From: Actinobacteria bacterium UBA7524
GTDB lineage: Bacteria > Actinomycetota > Coriobacteriia > Anaerosomatales > UBA912
Direction of reading: 5' to 3'
DNA: 46,802 bases
NCBI GenBank assembly: GCA_002478275.1
Contig: DLMY01000028.1
Coordinates: forward strand, 1-46,802
Position 1 is the first letter of the stretch. The number at the start of each line of letters is the position of its first letter. The notes beneath the pieces are model-generated. The model was not told where the DNA came from. It saw only the letters and a program-made list of their open reading frames with translations, and made no database searches. Below are positions 1-11,100 of the stretch, one piece after another. Made by a program: the position numbers and the translations under genes.

Positions 1-22
1 GGTCGCCAACGCGCTGAAGTAG
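1..22 (+). CDS. 3' end of an upstream gene (..VANALK*), partial
   Basis: Frame gtc gcc aac gcg ctg aag tag at the window edge, followed by GC-rich hairpins. Too short to assign a product. Confidence 0.35.
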
Positions 23-40
23 GACGCGACAAGGAACACG

Positions 41-115
41 CCCGCCGCGGGAGCGAGATCTCCTCGGCGGGTATGCGAAGGAGGGTCCGGGGCCGGAAGG
101 TGCCGGGCCCTTCGC
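41..115 (+). terminator. Two GC-rich hairpins after the upstream stop codon; putative terminator or stabiliser
   Basis: CCCGCCG..CGGCGGG (41-71) and a second imperfect stem (GGGTCCGG..CCGGGCCC, ~81-110). No U-tract. Confidence 0.35.
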
Positions 116-205
116 GCGAGCGGCATGCGGCCCCACGATGCAGTAGACTGCTGTCTCGGAGACCGCAAGGTGAGCGGGGAGTACTCTCGAGCCAGGAGCT
201 GTCGC

Positions 206-1768
206 ATGCGGATCATCACAGTCGTAGGCGCGCGTCCCAACTTCATCAAGGTCGGNNNNNNNNNNNNNNNNNNNNNNNNNNNNNNNNNNNNNNNNNNNNN
301 NNNNNNNNNNNNNNNNNNNNNNNNNNNNNNNNNNNNNNNNNNNNNNNNNNNNNNNNNNNNNNNNNNNNNNNNNNNNNNNNNNNNNNNNNNNNNNNNNNNN
401 NNNNNNNNNNNNNNNNNNNNNNNNNNNNNNNNNNNNNNNNNNNNNNNNNNNNNNNNNNNNNNNNNNNNNNNNNNNNNNNNNNNNNNNNNNNNNNNNNNNN
501 NNNNNNNNNNNNNNNNNNNNNNCCCCGAGCCGCGCTGGTACCTGGATGTGGGTTCGGGCACGCACGCCGTGCAGACCGGCAACGCGATGATGCGTCTCGA
601 GCAGCTGCTGGCCGAGGAGCGCCCTGACGCGTTGATGGTCGTCGGCGACGTGAACTCGACGCTCGCGGGCGCGTTGGCGGCATCCAAGCTCGGCATCCCC
701 GTCGTACACCTGGAGGCGGGACTGCGAAGCTTCGACATGTCCATGCCCGAGGAGATCAACCGCCTCGTGACCGATCAGCTCGCTTCGATGCACCTGACGC
801 CGACGCGCGAGTCCGGTGAGAACCTCAAACGCGAGAACGTCGATGAGCGCCGGGTCCACTTCGTGGGCAACATCATGNNNNNNNNNNNNNNNNNNNNNNN
901 NNNNNNNNNNNNNNNNNNNNNNNNNNNNNNNNNNNNNNNNNNNNNNNNNNNNNNNNNNNNNNNNNNNNNNNNNNNNNNNNNNNNNNNNNNNNNNNNNNNN
1001 NNNNNNNNNNNNNNNNNNNNNNNNNNNNTCATGGCCGAGTCCGTGCTGCGCCACGAGGAGCAGGCTCGCTCACGAGCGGCCTGCGCGAACTTCGGCCTGG
1101 AGCCGGGTTGCTTCCTGCTCGCCACCATCCACCGCCCGGAGAACACCGATCACGCCGAGCGCCTCTCCGCGATCGCCGGGGCGTTCGACAAGGCGCCGAT
1201 GCCCGTGCTGTTCCCGCTGCATCCCCGGACGCGCCCGCTCGTGGCCGCCGCCGGGATGCACGAGATGCCAGACGTCCACCTGGTCGATCCGGCCGGTTAC
1301 CTCGACATGCTCTCGTTGCAGGCGGACGCCGCCGCCGTGATCACCGATTCGGGGGGCGTGCAGGANNNNNNNNNNNNNNNNNNNNNNNNNNNNNNNNNNN
1401 NNNNNNNNNNNNNNNNNNNNNNNNNNNNNNNNNNNNNNNNNNNNNNNNNNNNNNNNNNNNNNNNNNNNNNNNNNNNNNNNNNNNNNNNNNNNNNNNNNNN
1501 NNNNNNNNNNNGCGTGCAGGAGGAGTCGTGCATGCTCGGCACGCCCTGCGTCACGGTGCGCCGCAACACCGAGCGTGGCGTGACCGTCGAGGCCGGGTCG
1601 AACCGCCTCGCTCCGGCCGAGCAGGACCGGATCCTGGCCGCCCTGGCCGCCGCACTCACCGCGACGAGGGAGTGGAAGCGCCCCGAGCGCTGGGACGCCT
1701 CGGTGTCGAGCCGTGTCGTCGAGGCCCTTGCGGACGGTATCGTCCCGCTCGTGGGCACCGGCTCCTAA
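206..1768 (+). CDS. wecB: UDP-N-acetylglucosamine 2-epimerase (non-hydrolysing); spans three N-gaps
   Basis: VVGARPNFIK, VGDVNSTLA, HLEAGLRS, PEEINR, TIHRPEN, TDSGGVQEE motifs. AGGAG RBS before ATG 206. Confidence 0.93.
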   Translation: MRIITVVGARPNFIKVXXXXXXXXXXXXXXXXXXXXXXXXXXXXXXXXXXXXXXXXXXXXXXXXXXXXXXXXXXXXXXXXXXXXXXXXXXXXXXXXXXXXXXXXXXPEPRWYLDVGSGTHAVQTGNAMMRLEQLLAEERPDALMVVGDVNSTLAGALAASKLGIPVVHLEAGLRSFDMSMPEEINRLVTDQLASMHLTPTRESGENLKRENVDERRVHFVGNIMXXXXXXXXXXXXXXXXXXXXXXXXXXXXXXXXXXXXXXXXXXXXXXXXXXXMAESVLRHEEQARSRAACANFGLEPGCFLLATIHRPENTDHAERLSAIAGAFDKAPMPVLFPLHPRTRPLVAAAGMHEMPDVHLVDPAGYLDMLSLQADAAAVITDSGGVQXXXXXXXXXXXXXXXXXXXXXXXXXXXXXXXXXXXXXXXXXXXXXXXXXXVQEESCMLGTPCVTVRRNTERGVTVEAGSNRLAPAEQDRILAALAAALTATREWKRPERWDASVSSRVVEALADGIVPLVGTGS

Positions 1769-1782
1769 GAGACGCCGGCATC

Positions 1783-3689
1783 ATGGCCGAGGAACCCAGA
1801 GTAGGTCCCGCCGTGCGCTGGGGGTTGCCCGACCTGTGGCTGCCGGCACTGGTCGTCATCGTGNNNNNNNNNNNNNNNNNNNNNNNNNNNNNNNNNNNNN
1901 NNNNNNNNNNNNNNNNNNNNNNNNNNNNNNNNNNNNNNNNNNNNNNNNNNNNNNNNNNNNNNNNGCACTGGTCGTCATCGTGCTGTTCGCGCTCAAGCTC
2001 GCGTTCGTGTTGCCGGCGACGCACGGGCCCACCGTCGATGACGAACGCTTCTACTGGTCCTACGCCCGGCTGCTGTCCGAGGGTCGCATGTACGAGGGCA
2101 CGAAGTACCCGCCGGCGTACCCGGCCGCGATCGCCCCGGCGTTCCACCTGGGTGACGATCCGTATCGCGCAGCGCTCGCGCTGAGTGCGCTCTATTCGTC
2201 GTTGCTCGCGTTTCCCGTCTTCGGGATCGCGAGGCTTGTGACCGGACGATTCCCGGCATTCGCGGTGACCGTCGCTCAGGCGCTCCTGCCCTTCCACTAC
2301 ATCGTGAGCCGCACCCTGCTCAGCGAGAACACCTTCATGCCGCTGCTGCTCGGCGTGCTCTTCATGATGCTGTGGCGGCCACATCGGCGCGCTTGGGCCT
2401 GGGACATCGCTGCCGGGGCCGGTATGGCGCTGCTCTACCTGACGCGCTACGTCTCGTTGCCGCTGATACCCGCCTTGCTGGTCGTGTGGTGGATGCGCGA
2501 GTGGCAGCACACCGGGCGCGTGCGGCTGTCAGCCGGCTCGTGGACCAGGTTCGCTGCGATGTGTGCAGCGGCGCTTCTCGCGTTCGCTCCCTGGGTGCTC
2601 TACCACGTGCGTGAAGGAGTCGCGTTCCCCCTCACGCTCGGGTTCGGCGTCGCGAGCAGGACCGACCCGGCCCAGCTCACCCTCGGACGCCTGACGTGGT
2701 ACGTGCGCGTCTACCTTGCGTACTTCGCGCTCCTCGCGGCTCCGGTGCTCGGACTCGTGACGCTCGCTGTCCGCGAGGTATGGCGCAGCCGCGTGCTCGA
2801 TGCGTACTCGCGGTTGGTGGCCGCAGTGGGTGTGGTGACGCTCTTCACGCTCGTCGCGCTCAGCCGCCATTCATGGCGGGCGATCTACAACTATCCCGAC
2901 CCGACCAAGATCATGGGCCGCTATACCCTCTACCTGACCGTCCTGTTCGCGATCGTCGCCTTCGCCACGCTGGTACGCATGATCGAGCGCCCATCGGGCT
3001 GCGCGCCGTCTTCCGGGGTGGTCGCAGCGTACGGGCTCGGGGTGCCGGCGATCGTCCTGGGCGCATCGTACACGACCGTGCTGGGCGACTGGGTCATCCC
3101 GTTCTCGCCCGGGCAGATCACCGACCGCGGCTCCGTCGACGTCTACCGGATCATCCTGATGGGACCCTGGTTCGCAGTCGCGGTGGCCGTCCTGCTGGCG
3201 GGCACTGCCGTGCTGCTGGTGCAGGCGCGTGGGCGCTCCACCACTGCACCCGTGGCGCTTCTGCTGGCAGGGCTCCTCGGCTATCAGTTGTTCGCCATAC
3301 CCGCGTATCTCGAGCAGATGTGGCGACTGCAGACCGGCGCGGTGCATGTGGTCGAGTCGCTTCGCCTTGTCGAGGAGTACCTGCCTGGCACACCGGTCTT
3401 CATCGCCATCACGCCCGAGGTCGCGGCTTCTCAGGGGATGGCGAAGGCGACCGTCAAATTCACGGCGGACGCGTTTCGCGACGGTCGCGACATCAAGGTA
3501 CTGGTGGGCAACGATCTCGTGTCCTCGCCCGCAGCGACAGGCCGGAAGACTGCGGGACCGGAAGCGGAAAGCGAGGATCGCGATCGCGTCCGGCTGAAGG
3601 TGCGTCTTGCGTCGAAGCTCGATTCGGACGAGTGGGTTCTCGGGACGTGGGCGATCCGGGACGTCGAGTACGCGCTGGTGACGCGCTGA
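1783..3689 (+). CDS. Polytopic membrane protein, GT-C/PMT-ArnT-like glycosyltransferase
   Basis: ATG 1783 (MAEEPRV..ALVVIV) joins the 3689 frame once the duplicated gap flank is collapsed. DDE after TM1, YPPAYP, LLSEN and many TM segments. Confidence 0.65.
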
Positions 3690-3806
3690 ATGCGAGCCCC
3701 GTCGCCGAACGGGTATAGACCTTGATGTCGAGGGGACGCACGCGTATTCGGGACGGCCTTCGTGGTGCCTGAAGGCTATCCCGATGCGGATCACGAGGAG
3801 TCCAGC

Positions 3807-3920
3807 GTGGGACTGGCCGAGTTGGCAACCCAGAACCTGTACGGACAGCAGACTGCAGGAAGTGGACTCGAATTGGCGTACCATGGACAGGTAATGCTCC
3901 ACGCGGTCGTGATCGCGTGA
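3807..3920 (+). CDS. Putative 37-aa small ORF upstream of galU
   Basis: GAGGAG 6 nt before GTG; MGLAELATQNLYGQQTAGSGLELAYHGQVMLHAVVIA*. Not in the ORF track. Confidence 0.3.
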   Translation: MGLAELATQNLYGQQTAGSGLELAYHGQVMLHAVVIA

Positions 3921-3951
3921 GTGGCGAAGTCACCCGAAGGGACATGACACG

Positions 3952-4809
3952 ATGAAAGCCATCATCCCGGCCGCAGGTCTGGGTACGCGCTTCTTGCCTG
4001 CGACGAAGTCGCAGCCAAAAGAGATGTTGCCGGTCGTCGAGAAGCCGGTGATCCAGTACGTCGTCGAAGAGGCGGTGGCCGCCGGCGCCGATGAGATCCT
4101 GATGATCACAGGCCGCGGCAAACGCGCCATCGAGGACCACTTCGACCGCTCCCTCGAACTCGAGGACCTGCTCGAGCGCGGCGGCAACGTTCAGAAGCTG
4201 CGCGAGATCCGCAACATCAGCGACCTGGCGGAGGTGTTCTACGTTCGGCAGAAGCGTCCGAAGGGGCTGGGACATGCCGTGCTGTGTGGCGCGCCCTTCA
4301 CCGGCGTCGAGCCGTTCTTCGTCATGCTCGGCGACGTGCTCGTGCCGGATCACAAGTGCCTGCCGCGGCTCAAGGACGTCCACGAGAAGTACGGTGCTTC
4401 CGTCATCGCGGTCACACCTGTCGAGCAGCAGTTCGTGTCTCGCTATGGTGTGATCGCGGGGCGCGAGGTCGAGCCGGGAGTGTGGCATCTCAACGACCTG
4501 GTCGAGAAGCCGGCCGTCAACGAGGCACCGAGCAATCTCGCGATATTCGGGCGCTACCTGCTGACCCCGCGGGTGATGGAGATACTGCCCAGGATCGAGC
4601 CGGGCAGGGGCGACGAGATCCAGCTCACCGATGCGTTGAGGCAGCTGCTGCGCGAAGAGGAGATCTACGCGGTGACGATGGAGTGCGTCGGCTACGACAC
4701 CGGCAACATCTTGTCGTGGCTTGAGGCGAACATCGCCCTGGCGTTGGAGAACGAGGAGTTCAAGGAGCCGTTGCGGGAAGGCCTCCTGCGGCTGCTGGGG
4801 GAGGAGTGA
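3952..4809 (+). CDS. galU: UTP-glucose-1-phosphate uridylyltransferase
   Basis: MKAIIPAAGLGTRFLPATKSQPKEMLP, GLGHAV, VEKP, EIQLTDA. Confidence 0.96.
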   Translation: MKAIIPAAGLGTRFLPATKSQPKEMLPVVEKPVIQYVVEEAVAAGADEILMITGRGKRAIEDHFDRSLELEDLLERGGNVQKLREIRNISDLAEVFYVRQKRPKGLGHAVLCGAPFTGVEPFFVMLGDVLVPDHKCLPRLKDVHEKYGASVIAVTPVEQQFVSRYGVIAGREVEPGVWHLNDLVEKPAVNEAPSNLAIFGRYLLTPRVMEILPRIEPGRGDEIQLTDALRQLLREEEIYAVTMECVGYDTGNILSWLEANIALALENEEFKEPLREGLLRLLGEE

Positions 4810-4813
4810 TCGA

Positions 4814-5170
4814 ATGCCGTCGACGCCACAGTGGAAGTTGAGCGAGTCGGACCTGTATGGGCTGACGCCGCTGCGAGTCCGTGACCTCATGGTCGACTGT
4901 TTCATCGAAGCGCAGCGCGACACCTTCTCCAAGGCCGGGCATGTCCTGCACCAGGACACCGAGGACTCGGAGGTAAGCGGCACGATATCGACTGTCGTAC
5001 GGATGAAGTTCAGCGACTTGGGGCTGTCGTGGGACCAGCCGACTCCGTCGTGCTTGCGCAAGGTCGCCGACGAGCTTGCTCGTGAAGCGCGCGCGTACGG
5101 AACGCCTGACGATGTCATCGCCTATCACCATTCCGAGATAACGCGCGCCATCGACCATCTACCGACATAG
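4814..5170 (+). CDS. Hypothetical protein (118 aa)
   Basis: GAGGAG at the end of galU, ATG 4814. Globular-looking sequence with no family recognised. Confidence 0.7.
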   Translation: MPSTPQWKLSESDLYGLTPLRVRDLMVDCFIEAQRDTFSKAGHVLHQDTEDSEVSGTISTVVRMKFSDLGLSWDQPTPSCLRKVADELAREARAYGTPDDVIAYHHSEITRAIDHLPT

Positions 5171-5320
5171 GGCGTCGCCGCATCCATCTGCCGTAGCCGG
5201 CTGCTCCCACACCGCCCGAGAGCTGCCCATGATTATGCAGTATGAGGCCGGGTATATACACATTGCGGCGTTACGTGCCCGACACGCTGCGCCGCTCGGA
5301 TGTGTAAGGGGGCGGCAGAG

Positions 5321-5482
5321 ATGCTGGAGACAATCGTCACGATCCTCGCTGGCACGCTCCTGCTCGTCGTTCTCGCCGGCGGCCTGTTCACGGTCGTCAC
5401 GGGCGTTGCGAGCGCGATCACCGCAGCTGTGGGATCACGCGCTTCGCAGGGCCACTCCGGGAGAATGGCTCTCCATCACTAA
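5321..5482 (+). CDS. Small membrane protein (53 aa)
   Basis: AAGGGGG RBS before ATG 5321. Hydrophobic stretch IVTILAGTLLLVVLAGGLFTVV. Confidence 0.5.
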   Translation: MLETIVTILAGTLLLVVLAGGLFTVVTGVASAITAAVGSRASQGHSGRMALHH

Positions 5483-5539
5483 GCGTGGCCGTAGCCACGT
5501 CGCAAAGCGGCGGCAAGATGCGCTCGTTTCGTGCGCGAA

Positions 5540-6472
5540 TCAACAGCTCTTGCAGCCACCATCACCGGTAGTGCTGTAGCCCATGCCTGAAGCGACCGCG
5601 TCGAGCGTCGTGGACATGGGGTCCTCGACGACGAGCGACAGAGGCTTGTCGAGGTCGGACAGGAAGACCGTCCTGACGTAGCCGCGGCATTCATCGCACA
5701 GATGCACGCGGTGAGCGGGGTCGCCTTCAACGTACTTGTAGCTGAGGGCCTTTGGGCTTCGCGTTCCGCAGCGCACGCAGCGGATGCGTTCGTAGCCCCA
5801 CTCGGTGTGGCAGACTCCGCACCACAGAGTACGGTCTGCGCCCTGCAGCTGCGTGCTTTCTCCCACACGGCTCAGGGATGCGGGTTCGCCGCAAACCGGG
5901 CAGGTACCGGCCGACTGCGACCGGCCGTCGAACTCACCCAGAGAGTCCATGGCGATCCGTGCCGGGCCGGACAGCAGCGGCGTGAGCGCCGAGAGCAGCA
6001 CGAATGCGACGGTTGCGGGCGTCAGGTCGTCTTCGGGTGTAGCGTCCAATCGAGCCGCCATGTCGCTCGCGAATGCGGAGGGGGCGGCAGCAGCTTGGGC
6101 GAGCCGATCGTCGGTGATCGCGTCTGTGAAGTCCGCATCGCGGAGCGCATCGGCCTGCTCTGCAGGCAGCCCCGCTTCCTCGCTCACGTAAGCGACGACG
6201 CGTGACACGGCATCCAGGTAGGTGTCGAGCGGTACGTCGGGTGCGTTGACATGGAAAAGGGAGCGGCCCGCCGTGAGAGCTTCGCGAGCGGCCTTTGCGT
6301 CCAGTGCGGTATAGAGTCCACCGTCTGCCTCGCCGCTCGCCTCGCCGTACTCCGCCTCGATCGTCGACTGGATCTCCCACAGCCCCTTCAGGAAGCGCAA
6401 GCGTGCCGCGTCAGGGCCTTCGGCGGTCTTGAGGTAGGCTTCGGCCGCCTTGTTCACGAGTTCCATGTTCAA
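5540..6472 (-). CDS. fdhE: Formate dehydrogenase accessory protein FdhE
   Basis: CPVCG, CGVC, CVRCG, CDEC Cys pairs; last gene of the fdn operon. Start uncertain: TTG 6472 follows GAGGAG, and the frame is open to 6568. Confidence 0.9.
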   Translation of the reverse strand: MNMELVNKAAEAYLKTAEGPDAARLRFLKGLWEIQSTIEAEYGEASGEADGGLYTALDAKAAREALTAGRSLFHVNAPDVPLDTYLDAVSRVVAYVSEEAGLPAEQADALRDADFTDAITDDRLAQAAAAPSAFASDMAARLDATPEDDLTPATVAFVLLSALTPLLSGPARIAMDSLGEFDGRSQSAGTCPVCGEPASLSRVGESTQLQGADRTLWCGVCHTEWGYERIRCVRCGTRSPKALSYKYVEGDPAHRVHLCDECRGYVRTVFLSDLDKPLSLVVEDPMSTTLDAVASGMGYSTTGDGGCKSC

Positions 6473-6589
6473 CAGATCCACTCCTCTGACTGGTTCGGGT
6501 GTCGTCGTGATGGAGGGGACCGGACCATCTGAGGCCCGGTCCCCTGTCATACTTCCGGCTCTGTCCAAGCTAGAAGAAAAGCATACCTC

Positions 6590-7261
6590 TTACGCCTCGA
6601 CCACGTTCTCGCCGCTCTTCAGTTCTTTCTCGGCCCAGTGGCCCCAGTGGTACAGGGCGTCGGACTCTGAGACCCGGCCGTTGCCGAACATCAGGCGCCA
6701 CGAACCGCGGTAGGGCTGGAACACGCCGGCGCCCAGGTAGATATGCGCGAACATGATCAGCACGACGAGCACGAACGCCACGTCGTGGAGCATGAGAGCC
6801 AGCCGGAACACCTGGGGCGTGACGGACGCGCCCATCCAGAGCACCACGCCGGTTGCGGCGATGAGCACGGATGCCGCGATCAGGAGGCCGTCCGCAAGAC
6901 GCTGGCCGGACTTGACCTCATGCTGCTTGGGCATGTGCGTGTTCTTGGGCGAGAAAAGGTACTTCCCGAACAGCAGCATGAACTTCTTGTCGTCGGAGTC
7001 CCACCGTGCGAACAGGTTCTTGAGGATGTGCACGAATCCCTTGGGCGCCACGATCAGCCCGACAAGCGGCGCGGCGATGAACACCACCGCAAATGCCCGG
7101 TGAGACATCCGGACGAACTGGACGACGTCTTGTCCTACGGCCGCACCGATGGCGGGGACGAAGATTATCAGACCGCTGGCGATCAGGACCAGGCAAGCCA
7201 CGGTATGGATGCCATGGATCACTCGCTTCAGCAGGCTGTGGCGCTGAATGTAACGTGCCAT
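6590..7261 (-). CDS. fdnI: Formate dehydrogenase cytochrome b (gamma) subunit
   Basis: Four TM helices with heme-ligand His residues (IHGIH, SHR, LHD, AHIY), SGQR and GRVS..A..HW. Confidence 0.88.
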   Translation of the reverse strand: MARYIQRHSLLKRVIHGIHTVACLVLIASGLIIFVPAIGAAVGQDVVQFVRMSHRAFAVVFIAAPLVGLIVAPKGFVHILKNLFARWDSDDKKFMLLFGKYLFSPKNTHMPKQHEVKSGQRLADGLLIAASVLIAATGVVLWMGASVTPQVFRLALMLHDVAFVLVVLIMFAHIYLGAGVFQPYRGSWRLMFGNGRVSESDALYHWGHWAEKELKSGENVVEA

Positions 7262-7264
7262 TGG

Positions 7265-8092
7265 TTAGTTCTCCTCCTTCGCATCGTCGTGCGCAGAAGC
7301 GCTGTCGAGCGTGATCTCGTCGCGGCTATAACCGATGCCCGTCAGGAACGACAGGCCCAGCCCGCCGAAGACCGCTGCCGCTGCGATGCCCGTAAGCGGC
7401 TTGATGAGCGCGAAGAGCGCGATGGCATCGGGCTTCTTGGGATCGCGCACGAGACCATGTGCCTCCAGCCCGAACGGGGCGATGAACAGCGAGTGCATGC
7501 CGCCCATCTCCGTCTCGCCGTAAAGCTCGGCCTTGTCGAAACCCTCGGCCTTGAGCTCGTCCAGACGCGTCTTGGCCGCGGCGAGCATGTCCTCGCGCGG
7601 GCCGAACGTCAGGGCAGCGGCCGGGCACGTCTGCACGCACGCGGGCTCGCGGCCCTGGGCCACACGGTCGTCGCACAGGGTGCACTTGTTCGAGACATTG
7701 AACGCCTCTCGGTACTTGGGCACCTCGAAGGGGCAGGCGGCGGTGCAGTACTTGCAGCCCACGCACTTCGTGTTGTCGAGCTTGACGGTGCCGTCGTCGA
7801 GCTTGCTGATGGCGCCTGCGGGGCAGACCTCCATACACGTCGGCTCCGCGCAGTGGAAACAGGCCCGCCGCGAGAACGCCCACTCGATGCCGTTCGCCTT
7901 GGCTTCCTCTCGGAACTCGATGAGCAGCCGCGTATCGCCGTTGAGGTCCGGCATGCTCTGGTAAGAGCCCGTGAACTCGTTCTCGTCCTTGCCGAGACTA
8001 GAGGGCATCATGTTCCATTGCTTGCACTGCACCTGGCAGCCCTTGCACGCACTGCACTTCGACGCGTCGTACAGAATCGCATTCTCAGCCAT
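7265..8092 (-). CDS. fdnH: Formate dehydrogenase iron-sulfur (beta) subunit
   Basis: Four-cluster pattern CSACKGC..C, CFHC..C..CP, CVGCKYC..CP, KCTLC..C..CP, and a C-terminal TM anchor. Confidence 0.92.
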   Translation of the reverse strand: MAENAILYDASKCSACKGCQVQCKQWNMMPSSLGKDENEFTGSYQSMPDLNGDTRLLIEFREEAKANGIEWAFSRRACFHCAEPTCMEVCPAGAISKLDDGTVKLDNTKCVGCKYCTAACPFEVPKYREAFNVSNKCTLCDDRVAQGREPACVQTCPAAALTFGPREDMLAAAKTRLDELKAEGFDKAELYGETEMGGMHSLFIAPFGLEAHGLVRDPKKPDAIALFALIKPLTGIAAAAVFGGLGLSFLTGIGYSRDEITLDSASAHDDAKEEN

Positions 8093-8106
8093 GAGTCATA
8101 CCCTCC

Positions 8107-11100
8107 TTATACTTTCTCGACGTTGACGAGGAACGCCTTGTACTCGGGGATCGACGTGTTCGCATCACCGACGTTAGGGGTGATGTCGTTCGCGATCGCT
8201 CCCGTGGCGTGGCCGGAGCCGTAGCCCCAGTGCCATGGCATACCGACCTGGTGGACGGTCTGGCCGTCGATATCGAACGGCTTGAAGCGAGGCGTGACGA
8301 TCGCGTACATCTCGATCGAGCCGCGCTCGTTGAAGACCTTGACCCGGTCCTTGTTGGCGATGCCCTTCTCGGTGGCCAGCTCTTCGGACATCTCCACGAA
8401 CATCGCGGGCATGGCTTCTGCCAGCCAGGGGATGTTGCGGGTCAGTCCACCGGTCTGCCAGTGTTCGGTCACACGATAGGTGGTACACACGATCGGGTAC
8501 TTCTCCGGGTCGCTTGGCTTGACCGACTCGGCGCTACCGAACGTGAGCGCCGGGTTGTTCTGGCGTCCGTTGAAGAGGTTGCGCGCCGGCGTCTCGAACG
8601 GCTCGTAGTGCTCGGGGAAGGGACCGTCCTTCATGCCGGTGCCGATCGCGAAGAAGCGTCCGGTGCCTTCGGGGTTCATGATGAAGGCGGTCTTGCCCGG
8701 AGGCGTCGGCGTGATCGTGCCGTCAGGCGCGACGACCTGGAAACCGAAGTCGGGCACGTCGTTGCGCTGCCACTGGGTGCCGTCCCACTCGACGAGCATC
8801 CGCTCGGGGTTCCACGGCTTACCGTTGACGTCGGCCGAGGCGCGGTTGTAGACGATACGCCTGTTGACCGGCCACGAGAACGCCCACTTCGGGTACAGAC
8901 CCAGTCCACCAGGATCGTCCTTGCCACGCGAACCGGTGGGCTGCTGTGACGGATCGTCCTTCGCGTCGTTGTTGTTGTAGTAGCCGGAGTATATCCAGCA
9001 ACCGCACGCGGTCGTACCGTCGGCCTTGAGCGCCGGGAAGTTCGGCAGCAGTTCGCCGGTGGCTATCGTGTAGCCGTTGAGAGCGTGTGCGACCTTGGTG
9101 ATGTCGGCCTTGCCGTCGGTCTCGTAGGGCCAGTTGAGCTTCGTGATCTGCTCGGGGTTGGCCCCACCGTCGGCCTCGTACATCTCCTTGAGCTTGTGGT
9201 ACAGCTCATGGATCATCTCGAGGTCGTCAAGCGCCTCTCCGGGCGGCTCAACGGCCTTGTAGCGCCACTGGATCCAGCGGCCGGAGTTCGAGACTGTGCC
9301 CTGCTTCTCGTAGTGGCAGGCTGCGGGCAGCATGAAGACCTCGGTCTGGATCGCCGAGGGATCGACTCCCGGCGCCTTCCAGAACGAAGCGGTCTCGGTC
9401 TCCCACAGGTCGACAGCTACGAGCCAGTCCAGCTTGCCGAGCATCTCGCGCTCGAAGACCGAGTTCGGGCCACCGACGGCGGGGTTCTGGCCCCAGCACA
9501 TGACACCCTTGATGATGTCGTTGTTGATCGCCTCGAACACGGCGATGTGCGAGTGGTTCGTGCCGTCGAGCTTGGGCAGCATGTCGAATGCGTAGTCGTT
9601 CTCAAGGGTGGCGAAGTCGCCGTAGAGCTCCTTGAGGTAGCTGACCATGAACTTGGGCCTGTTGGTCCAGTAGCTGGCTGCAGGTGTCTCGGCTTCGATC
9701 CACGCTGTCAGGTTCGCATGCTTGGTCGCCACGGGGGTCGGCATGTAGCCGGGGATGATGTGGAAAAGCACGCCCATGTCCGTCGAGCCCTGGACGTTGG
9801 CCTCACCACGAAGGGCGTTGATGCCGCCGCCTGCGACACCGACGTTGCCCAGCAGGAGCTGGATCATCGCCATGGCGCGCACGTTCTGCGAGCCGTAGGT
9901 GTGCTGGGTCTGTCCCATGGCGTAAAGGATGGTGCCGGAGCGCTCGGGAGCGCCGGTTGAGGCGAAGACCTCGTAGACCTCGAGAAGCTTGTCCTCGGGG
10001 CAACCCGTGACCTTCGAGACCATCTCGGGCGTATAGCGCTCGTAGTGCTTCTTCATCAACTGCCACACGCAGTCGGGGTCCTGCATCGTCGGGTCTTTCT
10101 TGGCGATCGCGTTGACCTTCGGCGCGAACGCGGGGACTCCCGGGGCCTGTGTCCATGCGAACGGACCGGTCTCCGAGATGTCCCAGGGCTCCTCGGAATC
10201 GATCTGATACTTCCAGGTGTCCGAGGTGCCGTAGGAGTTCGTGTCCTCGTCCCAGCCCGAGAACAGCCCGGTCGCGTCGTCGAACGCGAAGTCGGGGTTC
10301 ACGAGGAACGTGGCGTTCGTGTAGTTCTCCACGTACTCCTTCTGCCACAGCTCGTTGTCGATGATGTACTTCATAAGACCGCCGAAGAACGCGATGTCCG
10401 TGCCCGACCGGAGCGGGGCGTAGATGTCGGCCAGAGCGGCCGAGCGGGTGAAGCGCGGATCGCAGACGATGTACTTGCCGCCTTTCGCGCGTGCTTCCTG
10501 TACCCACGCCATGGAGACGGGGTGGTTCTCCGCGTTGTTCGAGCCCATTGCCCAGATGACATCGGCATTCTTGAAGTCGCTGAAGTGATTCGTCATCGCT
10601 CCGCGACCGAACGAGGGGCCAAGACCGGCCACCGTCGAGCTGTGTCAAATACGGGCCTGGTGCTCGATGTACGTCATGCCGAGCGCGCGGCAGAGCTTCT
10701 GGAGCGCGTAGCCTTCCTCGTTGTCGAGGGCGGCGGCGCCGAAGCTGGCGATGGCCTCGCAGCGGTTGACGGTCACACCGTCGGCCTCGCCTATGTAGTT
10801 GGCGTCACGGGTCTCCTTGATGCGCTTGGCGATCTCGTCGAACGCCTGCTCCCAGGAGATCTCCTCCCAATCGGTCGCGCCGGCACGGCGGACCATCGGC
10901 TTCTGGACGCGGTTCGGATTGATCATCCGCTCGCCGGTCACATCGTCGTAGATGGAGTTCACGCCGAACTGTGACGAGCCCTTGGAGCACAGCCCGCCAC
11001 GGTTGATCGGGTGGTCGGGATCGCCCTCCACGTTGATGAGCTCGCCATCACGCGCGGAGCAGATCGTGCCGCAACCGCCGGAGCAGTAGCAGCAGATGGT

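Noticed and set aside
868..1982. Direct repeats flanking N-runs (tcatg, gcgtgcagga, gcactggtcgtcatcgtg), resembling target-site duplications or insertions
   Set aside because: The proteins read continuously once the duplicated flank is collapsed (GNIM/MAES, GGVQ/VQEE, ALVVIV). These are scaffolding overlaps, not mobile elements.
3493..5118. Long antisense and alternate-frame ORFs (e.g. 3493-5118, 6743-8224, 44682-46004)
   Set aside because: They are shadows of well-supported genes in high-GC DNA, with Arg/Pro-rich translations and no motifs.
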